A stretch of 64,000 bases of DNA from Takakia lepidozioides (lineage: Eukaryota > Plantae > Bryophyta). Under the pieces are notes generated by a model. The model saw only the letters and a list, made by a program, of their open reading frames with translations. It did no database searches and was not told the origin of the DNA. Positions 24,994-36,188 of the stretch are shown here, piece after piece (position 1 is the stretch's first letter; every line of letters begins with the position of its first letter). Where the stretch lies: NCBI GenBank assembly GCA_030704615.1, contig CM060731.1, positions 57,784,001 through 57,848,000 of the forward strand, in the 5' to 3' direction. The translations under genes were made by a program, and so were the position numbers.

Positions 24994-25899
24994 CACACCC
25001 CTACCAACAGGGAGTCGATGTCCTCATCGACTTGTCCATTTTGTAGAAACGAACATCCAAGTTGTGGCGTCCCACATCAAGGAGTTTGTTTCCGTACCAT
25101 GGCGTCCCATGGCAAAGAACCAACCCCACACTTGACTCTACTCTCCACTAGCTAGTTTTTGGCCGACTTCCTCCAAGTCCCGGCCAAGGGTGGAGCCTCT
25201 CCAGCTCCTCCCAGTGCACTCTTCTTGGCCTACTTCAAGGCCAAGGAACGATCCTCCCCGAGGATCGAATCGCCTTACTGCAACAACATTGCTTGAGATC
25301 GCTCATGATGCCGCTTTTGGCATCACCTTGAGCAAGGGTTCCCTGGAACCCTCTTTGACTAGGAAGATAACCTTGAACCAACCGTGCGCCCCAATCAATA
25401 CAATTGGGTCCGCCTTGGAATGCTGGCCTGAGGTACGGGAACACGCCGAAGCCGCACTACGACTTCGTCCCGAGGCTACACGATTATAGTACGTGAACGG
25501 AAGCACATAGCTTCCGCGTTAGCCCGCACTACAAGGCAACCCCCTCGGTAGCGCAGTTATAGTACGCGCACGCGCCAGGTGCGCACTAGCACGTGAACTC
25601 CCAAAGAAGTCGCAAGTTTCTTTGCCCCTTAGATGGGGGTCACCCGATTTCGGCACTACGCAAATACACGATTAACCCAATTTACCTCTCCCACTTTTAT
25701 AAGCTAGCATGCATTCTACACACTAGCCAACCATACCATGCATCACCATTCCAAACAAAATAAGACGCACAACATTTGGACCTCATTTCCTTTATAACAA
25801 ATTTTTGTACAATACAAGTTTTTGTAATCGGATTCCTAAGCTAGCTAGCTAAGCCGGGCTAAGCATGGATTTCCTCCCCCGCTCCAGGTTGATGTCCCA

Positions 25900-28760
25900 T
25901 CAACGTTTCTTCCGCTTTTGAGGTCGCCCTTCGAAAGCTGCAACTGCCTCGGATGCGTTTCCCATTTCTGAGGCACGCACCCAAGATGCCTCCACATGAT
26001 GATAGCCCTTCCATTTGACGAGATACTCCGTTTCTCGGTTCTTGAACCTCCTCGACTTAAGTATTGCCTCCACCTCGTACTCAAGTTCATTTTCATGATC
26101 CAACAGCATAGGTGGCGGACGCAACACTTGATGCCGATTCGGACGCACTTCATCTTTGAAGTAAGGCTTCAAAAGGGAGACATGGAATACTGGGTGCACC
26201 TTGCTGTTTGCCGGCAGTCGTAGTCGGAAGGCGGTGCTCATCTTCAGCCTCGTCCCCATCTTCTTCCAAAGTGCTCTCCAGAATTTACTCGTAAACTTGG
26301 ATCGCGGTCCGAGACAATATCCTTCGGGACTCCATGATGCTTTAAGACGTGGGCGAAGTAAAGTCGTCCTGTCTCCTGCGCCGTTGCCGTCTCCTTGGTG
26401 GGGATGAAATGGCCCATTTTACTGAACCTATCTACCACCACCATGATTGCATCGAATCCTTTGACAGCGGCATAGCAGTCATGAAATCCATCGAGACGTT
26501 TTCCCCCAAGTCCCCTCTGGAATCGGCAAGGGTTGTAACAGCCCCGCTTGCTTTTTGTACTTGCTCCGTTTTGTTGGCATGTGGTGCATGTCTTGACATA
26601 CTCCTCTGCCTCCTCCCTCAGTTTGGGCCAGAAATACTCTTTCTTCAAGAGTGCCGCAGTGCGCTTGGCTCCGCCGTGGCCCGCAAGCGGGCTATCATGG
26701 CATTCTCTCAAGAGGCTATCTCTAATCCCTCCCTTCGGCACGTAGAGACGCTTTTTGCTTATACCGGAGCAGTCCATTTTGCAAGTGGAATTGCGATTTA
26801 ACCCCCCATCCTCAAGTCCTGCATCACGGACTTCGCCAGCTCATCCTTCCGGCAAGCCTTCCGATCTTCCTTTGGAGCGCCGTCTCGCCCTTGTACACCA
26901 ACAAGAGCTGTTGCTTTCTACTTAAAGCATCGGCCACCACGTTGTCTCATCCCGGTTTGTACTGGATATCCATCGAACACCGCCAAAGTATCTTGCCACC
27001 TAAGTTGTTTTGGGGACAACTTGGGCTGCGTGGCAAAATACTTCACCGTGACATTGTCGTGAACACCTTCACTGGGTTGGAACCAACATAGTGGCGCCAA
27101 AGCTCAAGACAGTGCACCACCGCCTTCATCTCTTTCTCGTGCGTCGGCCACCGTCGCTCCACTTCATTCAGTTTCTTACTTTCGTAAGCCACTGGGCGTC
27201 CATCTTGCATCAGTACACCCCCAATCGCGAAGTCCGACGCATCTGTGTATCACGAACGGATGATCGAACTCCGGGATTTTCAAGACTGGAGCTTCCGCCA
27301 TCCGCTGCTTCAATTCAACAAAAGCTTGGCCACAAAAGGTGTTCCATGCCCAGACTTTAGATTTACACAGAAGGTCTGACAGCGGCCCCGCAATCTTGGC
27401 GAAATTTCTCACATACTTCCGGTAATAGGAGGCGAGTCCTAGGAAGGATCGCACTCCCGGGACCGAAGTCGGAGGCTCCCAGTCCAAGATCGCCCTCACC
27501 TTTCTGTCATCCATTTTGACCCCCATCCTGTGTAATCACATCCCCAGGAACTCCACTTTTGTGACCCCCGAATTCGCACTTTGAAGCTTGGCATACAGCT
27601 TCCCTTCCCGCAATTTTTGGAACACCCTTTTCAGGTGCTCCAGGTGCTCCTCCTTTGTTTCGAGTACACCAAGATGTCGTCGATGTACACGATCACAAAG
27701 TCATCCAACCACTCCTGGAAAAGGCTGTTCATCAGCGTGCTAAATGTCGCTGGTGCATTGGTGAGCCCAAAAGGCATCACCAAGAACTCATATGAACCAT
27801 ACCTTGTCATGCACGCGGTCTTCTCCTCATCTCCTTCCGCCACTCGAATTTTGATGATAGCCAGAGCGCAGATCGATCCGGCTGAAATACTTCGCTCCTG
27901 CCAACCGATCGAAAGGTCGTCAATCCTTGGCAAATGGTACCGGTTTTTGATAGTCACCTTATTCAGAGCCCTGTAGTCGACACACATCCGCAGCGTCCCA
28001 TCCTTTTTATCTGCAAATAGCACCGGGCTCCGTAAGGTGACTTACTCGGCCGGATGTACCCCTTTGACATTAGATCTTTGAGCTGAGTCTTCAGCTCGAC
28101 CAACTCTCTGTGGCTCAACCAGTAGGGCGCCTTGGCAGGCGGATGCGATCCCGGTATCACCTCAATCTTGTGGTCAACTCCTCTTCGCGGTGGCAAGCCG
28201 CTTGGCAAATCCTCGGCATCACATCATGGTATTTCTCCAAAATCCCCTTGATCCAATCTGGGCTCGGCTCTCCCATCGCCTTCTCCTTCACTTCTCTAAT
28301 GTAGAGCAAAACTGGGGCTCGTGTGCCTCCTCCACAGCCCACTCCTTGCTGATAGAAGGTTTATTCGCCCTCCCACGGGTTTGGGCGTTTCCGAAATTCG
28401 TAAGACCTCGCCACCATTCCAACATGGCAGCTGACTACCCTCTTGGGCCATCTATGAACGCTCCGGATTTGCTCAAAAAGGTCATCACCAAAATGAGATC
28501 CACTCCATCGATCTCGCAGACGGTGAAGTTCTCACGTCCCTCCCAACTCCCCAGTTGAAGAGGAAACATCGAACGCCAACCTCGTCGCCAATTGCGGTTC
28601 TCCTTTGGCAGAACGCACCTCAATAGAGGCCCCTACGTCAGTTGTCGGGAGTCCCAGCTTTGTGCGTTGCCCGGTGTCATGAAGGAATGCGACGCTCCTG
28701 TGTCCACCAACAATGACACGTTAGTTCCGGATATTATCCCATCCACGAACAATAAGTGAC
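25900..28760 (-). pseudogene. Gypsy pol (PR-RT-RNaseH-IN-chromodomain), multiply frameshifted
   Basis: LVDTGASHSF, RMCVDYRALN, MPFGLTNAPATF, YIDD, HDSPLAGH..C..C, VVDRFSKM, VHPVFHVSLL, YEVEAIL..YLVKWKGY..ASW. Confidence 0.95.
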
Positions 28761-28970
28761 TCCCTTTACGCAATGCCGACAGTTTCATGATACAAATCAC
28801 AAGAATATTTGCCTACCTTGGCCAAAAGTCCTGGCGACAACCGATTCCACCAAGCGAAGGATGGATCTTCCGACAGTTCTTGTGGTCGCCCGAGAGTCAT
28901 GTTCAATTGCCGGGGCCTTCGTGCACTTCTTGGCCATGGCCCGGGCTCCCCACAATTGAAACACACTCCA

Positions 28971-29987
28971 TCAAAGGTTGCCTTCTGTCCGCATAGGCCG
29001 CTCCACCCGCTTTTTCCTTTCGAAGAAGCACCGGGTGCCGCCTTGACTTTGTGATGGCCCTCCCTTCGATTTCCACATGCTGTTGTCGCCGCGTGGCCTA
29101 TCCCACTTCTTTTCCGGTCGGAAGGAGTCACCTTCCCGCCGAGTCTTCTTGTGGTTCAGCTCCGTACGGCCTTGTCTTTCACCCCTAGGGACATCTGAGA
29201 AACATTCAGCCCTCTCAATTGCCTCGTTCAAAGTCTTAGGTGGCTTCTCCTCCAACTTCCGCCTGGCCCATGGGGCCAACCCCGCCACAAAGTTGAAGAC
29301 CATTTCTGGTTCCGCCATATCCGCGACTTCGAGCAACAGCACATTGAAAGCCTGGACATATCCCCGAATGTCATCTGTTTGCTTCAAATTCCTCATCTTG
29401 TCCCGGGCAAGCCAGGACGCATTGAGGGGCACAAACTGTCTCTTCATCAATTCCTTGAACCCATTCCAGTTCAAGGTTTCCAGACTTGGACCTCGGTCGT
29501 GAAGGCGTTTCTGCCACCATTGTTGAGCATAGCCCCTCAAATAGGTGGGAGCCACTCCCACCCGATCCTCGTCACTCAACTTGGCCGCCCGGAAGTACTG
29601 CTCTAGCTCCAGGAGCCAGGTGTTGAGTGCCTTCCGATTTCGGACGCCCTCGAAGGTGCCGGGTTCCTTAGGCTTCACCTTAAACTTTGCCTTAGTGGAA
29701 GTGGCATTAGCCGCCTTCAACACGTCTTTCAACGTCCCGCCAAACTGCGCCAACAACCCTTCCCAAAAGGCTGCCGGCATGGGAGGCATCTCTTGGTTTG
29801 TCGGAGCTCTCAAGGATTCCTCGGGCTCCGACTCCTCGGATTCCTCCCGCTCTTGAGCGGCCTCGTTTTCGGAAACATGCATCGCTTCCTCAAACGGCCG
29901 CCTCGGTGACACGTCGCCCCCATCGGGCTCACCAGGATCATCATCTTTTGGGCTGTTCCGCTTTCGCTTTGGCTTGCCCGACCCCAT
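28971..29987 (-). CDS. Gypsy Gag (zinc knuckle shifted into another frame)
   Basis: KPKEPGTFEGVRNRKALNTWLLELEQYF, A..WW and LKQT...YV motifs; CFNCGEPG lies in the 28766-29131 frame. Confidence 0.88.
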   Translation of the reverse strand: MGSGKPKRKRNSPKDDDPGEPDGGDVSPRRPFEEAMHVSENEAAQEREESEESEPEESLRAPTNQEMPPMPAAFWEGLLAQFGGTLKDVLKAANATSTKAKFKVKPKEPGTFEGVRNRKALNTWLLELEQYFRAAKLSDEDRVGVAPTYLRGYAQQWWQKRLHDRGPSLETLNWNGFKELMKRQFVPLNASWLARDKMRNLKQTDDIRGYVQAFNVLLLEVADMAEPEMVFNFVAGLAPWARRKLEEKPPKTLNEAIERAECFSDVPRGERQGRTELNHKKTRREGDSFRPEKKWDRPRGDNSMWKSKGGPSQSQGGTRCFFERKKRVERPMRTEGNL

Positions 29988-30042
29988 GATGAGGCCAATC
30001 CCAAGGACGATCGCGTACTGAACTCTAAGCTCTGATACCAAG

Positions 30043-30770
30043 TGTCGCGCACCTCACTTCGGTAAGCTCCCTTTCAAGTCATAGTTACTCGCTCCGATGC
30101 GCGCGCCTGACTCCCAACCTGGCCGCCCGGGCCAACTTAGAGCTTCGGCTGCTCACCGGGACATAACGGTCCCCCCTTCGCTTCCCACTAAACCTCCACC
30201 TATTTGGGCCTAGGAGAATTCCCTTTGGTAGATGGCAGTCCGGAACAGCTCCCCACTCTTTGGTCGCTTTCCGGCTCGCTCGCTTACTCACTAGTTTTTG
30301 GTCACCAACGGGCTTGCACCGTTCTCGGGGTCACTACTCCCCTTATATATACTTCTGTAGCTGTCCACGGGGGTTTCACAACCAGCCATGCCATTTTATG
30401 GCGAACCACCACAAAAACCCTCGACTCCCGGTGATGAGTCGCGGTGAGTCTTGGCCCACTCACCACGGCCCCTCTGGACCGTGATGAGTCCCAAGACTCC
30501 CCACGACTCCCACCACGAGGTCTCCGCCCCCATGGTGAGTCCTATGCCACCCCCACTAAGTCCCGCTAAGCTACCACCACCCTTGTGGAGCCACCCCCAC
30601 CGCAACCCGGTGTGCGGGGCTCCACCTAGTGAGCGCCTCCGCCTCCTTGAGTGCCTTGGGCACTCAAGGGTGCTTCAGCCCCCCCATACCTATCGCTGCC
30701 GCTGCCCCCACCACAGGGGCAGCCCCTCATGTGTCCCGACCCCCTGCCCTCAAGGCAAAGGGCCGCGACA
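30043..30770 (-). repeat. 5' LTR of chromovirus
   Basis: adjacent to PBS; roughly ten substitutions plus small indels versus the 3' LTR (counted by eye). Confidence 0.95.
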
Positions 30771-31949
30771 ATTCGCCTTATCCTCTAACCTTCCTACAGC
30801 GATCATAAGCTTCATAGCACAAATGGAGGCGAGTAGCTGCGACTTGTACAAACAGAGAGGCAAACAACATGTAGTGAGTGACGATTAGGTTTGAGGAGGG
30901 TGTGTTATTAGGCGGGAGATGTCCGCCGTCATTCGTGGGCAGCCATTACGTCCTGGTAGGGTGCGGCTGTGGTTTAGCGTAGGCTTAAGAGTATTAGGGT
31001 ATGTATGCTTGCATTTGTTTGTGATTGTTTGAGAGGGAGGTCATGGAGGTGTTTGTGCAGGCTTGCGGGAGCGAATTGCCCTCGCAAGCCACGCGCTCCG
31101 AAGGAAAAAGCTAGGGATCAAGGTCCTGCAAGGCAAAGTGCCAGACTGAAGACGATGAAGACTACGATTCTGCATGAGGGCTCTTCTGAGTACGATGAGG
31201 ACGATCCACTCCTCCCACGCCAGTGCGAGGCGAGTGCGTCGTCGGCGGATGCCACGGCAAGCCGATGAGAACATGCCCATGCTCATGTCGCAGGACAAAA
31301 ACGCCCATCATCTACACACGAACACCTTCTCCGTCTGTGAGTTATAGTTCTTCACAATGACCATGATTCAAATTATGTATGTTTTTGGTAAAATCACGAA
31401 GAGATAGGGTATGGTAAGATCATGAAGAGATAGGGTATGTCTGTCAAGACAGGGAAGTTGGACAATGCAGGGGTCAGCCAAGGCACAATCACAAATGATT
31501 TCCACTAGACAAGTTGAAGTGCCAAAGGCATGATGTCAGGCCAATGTAGACTTCAGGTGTGTTCAAATTCTTTGCCCCATGAAACCAACGTCCTGGTACT
31601 AAGCTACAATGGCTACTTATAGAGATACTTGGGTTACTTATGCACCAGAATATCAGTAAAACTTGGAGGGATATTTCTCATGGACCCATCAGGTTTGTCC
31701 ATTTGAATTCTTGCTATGGATTTCAGGAACACCCCATACCTAAGAGGGCTCAAAAATGTACTGGGAGGACATCATTGGGGCCAATCAAATTTGGGAGATT
31801 TACTGCCCAAGATCATACTGAGTTTGGGTAATCTTGTCTTTACAAATGATATGTGCTTCCAGTTTGTTATATTGAATTCAAGGATTTGCTGCTTGCTGCC
31901 TATATGTAAGTGTAATCACCCACATTGTACTGGGGGAATTTCTTTTCAG

Positions 31950-34900
31950 GGCAAGCACAAGTGCACTGCATCCACGATCCCTGCTACTAGCAATGGAGAT
32001 GGCGCCCACAAGAACGCAGGAGGTGGCCCTAACTCTCCCATCGTTGTGGGTTCTGTGCCACCAGTACCCCCACCTTATTATGGTATGCCTCAGTACCCAC
32101 AGTCTGGCACTCAGTATGGTCAGGGTCAATATGGTGCTCCTCCATATGGGCAGTATGGCCAGTATCCTCCTCCACCATATTTGCCACCCCCTAATAGCTA
32201 TGGGGGTGGCAGGCCACCGGAATATCCTCCTGCTTATGGACAGTATGGCCAGTATGGTCCTCGGCCTTCTGGCCAACAGCCATGGCCACCAGTCCCTACT
32301 TGGCAGGATCCTGCTTTGAATTCTCCTGAGCGCATGGAGGTCTCTGAAGGAGGGGAGGGTGCCGTTTCAAAGAATGATAGAACCAATGCTTTAAGGAGGG
32401 CTAATAGCTCAGCCAAAATTGAAGCTGCCAAGGTGAAGGAAGAGAGAATAGCTGCAGGTCTTCCTCCCACGGTGATTTTGACGAACCTCAAAGGAGCCCC
32501 GTATGGTCAGACCTGGAATGTATGGCACGCTGCCCACCTGGCTAAGCTATTTTCATATACGCCACACAAGTTAAAAGACTTCCACCTAAAACAAACAATT
32601 GACAGAATAATGAAGAGCCAGCGTTATGAAGCACACACTGCGTGGTTGGGTGGTAAGGGGAAACCCATTACTGTATCTGACGAGGTATGGAACAAGCTTG
32701 TAAGTTACTGGCAGACAGAGGTGTTCCACAAAGTGTCGGGCAACATGAAGAAGGCAAATGGTGCAATTCTGAATCCTACCAAGACTGGCCGTGGTGGGAA
32801 GGCAATGGTGGAAGCACGCTTGGTAAATGGCATCATCACGACTCTGTATTTTGTTCCTCATTGAATTACTATGTGTATATAGTCAGCCCTCACATTGCTA
32901 ACTGATTTGTGGCATGGGTTTGTTTGTGGCATGGATTATTTTGTAGGAAACACTATCAGGGTGCCCTCCTACATTATATGAAATTCAAGAGGGTTCAGTG
33001 TCACGGTTGTCAGTTGGGAATGACAGGCGGGTAAGTGTGTTTTCCACGTTTGCTAGAGTGGTTGCTGCATCATAGGTTGCTAGGGTTTTTTTCACGGGCT
33101 ACAGTAGTTGGCAGGATGGATGGCTTGGACAAAGTGGTGGAATCACAAGGACGTGACGTGACAGAATTAAAATTACAGATGCAGAGTATGATTGAGTATC
33201 AGAAAGCCATTTGTGACCAGATTGGGGATTAATCTACCAGGTGCAGGACCAGTGACATCTACGATGGATACGTCTGCTGTGACAGTATCAAAATGTTTGG
33301 AATCCCAATTTCAGACGGTAACTAGTGCTCACTCTAAGCCCTTATGTCTTCCTGTCACTGATGATCTTTTGAATTTGACCGAGCAGCAGCAGGATACAGG
33401 GAAGGCCAGCTGTGAGGTACACGTGGAAATTCAGCCCTTGCCACGTACAAAGGCAGTAGCAGTCCAGGGGGCAATGGTGACAGAGCCGCCGGGCACACCA
33501 GATTCTGGTATGCAGGTATGTGGGAGTTTAAATGGGGAAGAAGATGCAGACGGGGACAAAACAAACAAGCAGGTTGCTTTAATTTCTCTTGCTCACATGT
33601 TGAAGCCAAATGTCAGTTTACTTCCTGGACCAACGAGGAAGCATTTACTAATTCTGGACTTAAATGGTCTGTTATGTGAATCTTTTCATTCTGCTAATGG
33701 GCCTGCATCCCTTCCCAAAGGTTTTGTGGGGAAGATGTGTGGCAAGAAGATGGTAGTTTTGAGACCACGCTGTTATGACTTTTTGCAAAAGTGTTTTGAA
33801 CACTTTGAGATGGCGGTGTGGTCTTGTTGCCAAGCTCGCAACTTCTTCCCAATGGTGGACTATATTTTTGCAGCCCACACTAACCTGGTTTTCCAGTGGG
33901 ATGCCTTCACTGTGACGAGGATCCAGTCCTCCCATGTCGTAAGGGGTCTGATTCAAAGCCATTATATTTCAAGAACTTGTCTACAGTGTGGGCAGACTGG
34001 CCAGAATGGACTTATGAGGTCACTGTTCTTGTTGACGACACACCAAGAAAGGCGGCAAACAATCCTCCCTTCAGTGGGATTTTTCCAGAGCCATGGAAGG
34101 TGCAACCAGATTCACCAATTGATGAGTATCTAACAGAGGTGTTGTGGCCTTTCTTGTGGAAGGCATCGAAAGCTGCCAGTATTCCCAAGTTTTTGGAGTC
34201 TCAGCCTGTTTTCGGACAACAACCATACAACACTGCTCCTGTGAAGGTACAAACATTCTGACAGTGCTCCAGAGGCTACAATTTTGTGGGTTCATTCATT
34301 GCATTGCTTTCCTGGATGCTTCTCCTCGGTTGCTTGACTAATGCTAGGTTTTCTTTGCAGCTTTTCATATTGGCTTTTTTTGTTTGATTCATACTTGGAT
34401 TTTGTTTCTATTCACTATTCCTGTTTGCTCATTGCTTTCCTGATTGTTCTCTGGTTTGTGACACAGGAACTTGTGACAAACAAAGGTGATATTGTCGACA
34501 AGCCGGTACAGACGAGGGGCAAGAGTGTCGACCCGGCGAGTAGCCCCCCAAAAGAGATCTCACCACCACTGGAGACTGCAAATGGAGTAAGTCCAGGCCG
34601 TTGTCTTGTTTGTTTTATTTTTTCCAACCTTGGGGCTCTCTTTAACTCGCAAATGTTGAGTGTCCTAGTCGTGTGTATGTCATGGGTTTTCACATCGTGT
34701 TCTTTTTTGTGTGGAGTTGGGATCACAGTTCAGGGTGGGTGACGAGGTTCGGCTGTTGGATGTGAACTCCAAACGCAAGAAATGTGGAGTAGGGCTGATT
34801 GTTGCTCTTCAAGGTGCTGTGGTGGGTTACGGGTACCCTGCTGTGCCCCTTGATTATGCCTGTGTGTACATCAAAGAGGCATGTGTCAGTAACACCCCTC

Positions 34901-35010
34901 TACCATATGTGAATGGTGTTACGAAACAGACCGAGTTGGGGCAGGTGGTTGGCCAGACAACACTTTGGAGTCTAAAGTTACTGAAACTTATGGAGCTGCG
35001 GAAGGGATAG
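31950..35010 (+). pseudogene. CACTA accessory (TnpA-like) gene: Y/G/Q/P-rich region + Ptta/Transposase_24-like domain + coiled coil + FCP1/NIF-like HAD domain + En/Spm Tnp1-like C-terminal domain
   Basis: Probable exons 31950-32822, 32947-33030, ~33107-34246, 34468-34586, 34729-35010; the 5' exon may lie at ~31050-31340. Motifs WNKLVSYW..NMKKAN..TGRGG; LLILDLNGLL, LRP..DFL..C, VWS, LVDDTPRK..NP; VGDEVRLL..G.G..TPLP..LGQVVG.TTLW. Frameshifts near 33228 and 33905. Confidence 0.75.
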
Positions 35011-35559
35011 TCAGTATTGCACTGTTTAACAGAGTTCGTGATTCTAATAGCACTAGAACATACTAGCTACAACAATTCAGCCCATGTGTGGGCTTGCTTG
35101 TTTTTGGCTGGGCCTTTTGAGGCATGGATTTTTTGACCTTGTGGCTTTCGAGGTGTCCATTGGGACATTGGTCTCATTTGGATTTTTGAAATGTGATTTA
35201 TAGGGCTTGTATTGCCCTGTAGTTGACTATTTTCATTCTCCTTGTGGTTGATAGTATGCAGGAGGGATCTATTCTGTTTTCATGTTGGAATTTCACCATG
35301 TAATGAAGATTTTAAATCATTTAATTCACTTTCATTTTAAATAATAATATTAAAAATAATACCATTAAAAAAAAAATCCAAGGCTGCAATCTCCCTGTTC
35401 TTTTAAATATTAAATGAAAACTAAAAAATAAAATATGAACATTAAAAATATAAACTATTTCGGAAAACAATCTTGATGACACGTGGCATCACTCTTGCTC
35501 AAACCAAAACACGTAGCAGTATATGACACGACATTCTTTATCCATATTTTCACCACGTG

Positions 35560-36188
35560 TAAAGATCCGTAGTCATACATGCTAGTAATATATTTTGTCT
35601 GTGTGCCACATGTCACATCTCAAGTGCAACAGGTGTCCCGCTAACAACTCTCCATGTAGACATCCCTGTAGTCATATGAGCGAGTCATGTAGTCACCACG
35701 TGTGAAATCTGCCATAGCACACGTGTCTCGCTAGCGCCTCTCCACGTAGGCATCACTGTGCAGACATGTAGTCATATGATCATGGCAAGAAGTCGTGACA
35801 TGTCAAATTCGCAGTGGCGCACGTATCCATCCGTCGCCTCTCCATGTAGGCATCACTTTGCAGACATATAGTCATATGATCCCCTGACAAATGCATGACG
35901 TGTCGCTTGCGCAGTGGCGCACGTGTCCCGTTGAAGCCTCTCCATGTAGGCAGCGCTCAACAGACAATGTAGTCATATATTAGTCATATAGTTGTGACTG
36001 CAACCCTCTCTGCAGCAGGACTCCAGGTGCCACGCAAGCAGTCACGGATATGACTTGCAAAACGCAGTCCTAAAGACTAGTCGCTATGACAGGGTTTTTT
36101 TCACTACAGAGTGATGTAGTCATGAACGCATATAAGACTGAAAAAATAGTCATATGTGAAGTTATAAAAACGCTCATCTGTTGTAGTG
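35560..36188. repeat. CACTA subterminal repeat region
   Basis: four ~90-100 bp units (ctctccaYgtagRca...tagtcatat) plus many TAGTCATA/TATGAC motifs before the CACTA end. Confidence 0.8.

Larger units (their letters stand above)
24275..30770 (-). mobile_element. Ty3/Gypsy chromovirus LTR retrotransposon with degenerate pol
   Basis: Paired LTRs, perfect TSD ATTCG (24270-24274 and 30771-30775), tRNA-iMet PBS TGGTATCAGAGC (30029-30040), purine tract next to 24994, order gag-PR-RT-RH-IN-chromodomain. Confidence 0.97.
23042..36188. mobile_element. CACTA/En-Spm DNA transposon: right end intact, left end not found, interrupted by a chromovirus
   Basis: Terminus ...ttgtagtg (reverse complement CACTACAAC) ending at 36188; subterminal repeats; TnpD-like N-terminus and TnpA-like ORF; the same AGTCATA motif in both parts. 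Confidence 0.8.

Noticed and set aside
24320-25000. Duplicated ORFs at 24.3-25.0 kb and 30.1-30.9 kb
   Set aside because: They lie within the LTRs, and frames differ between the two copies
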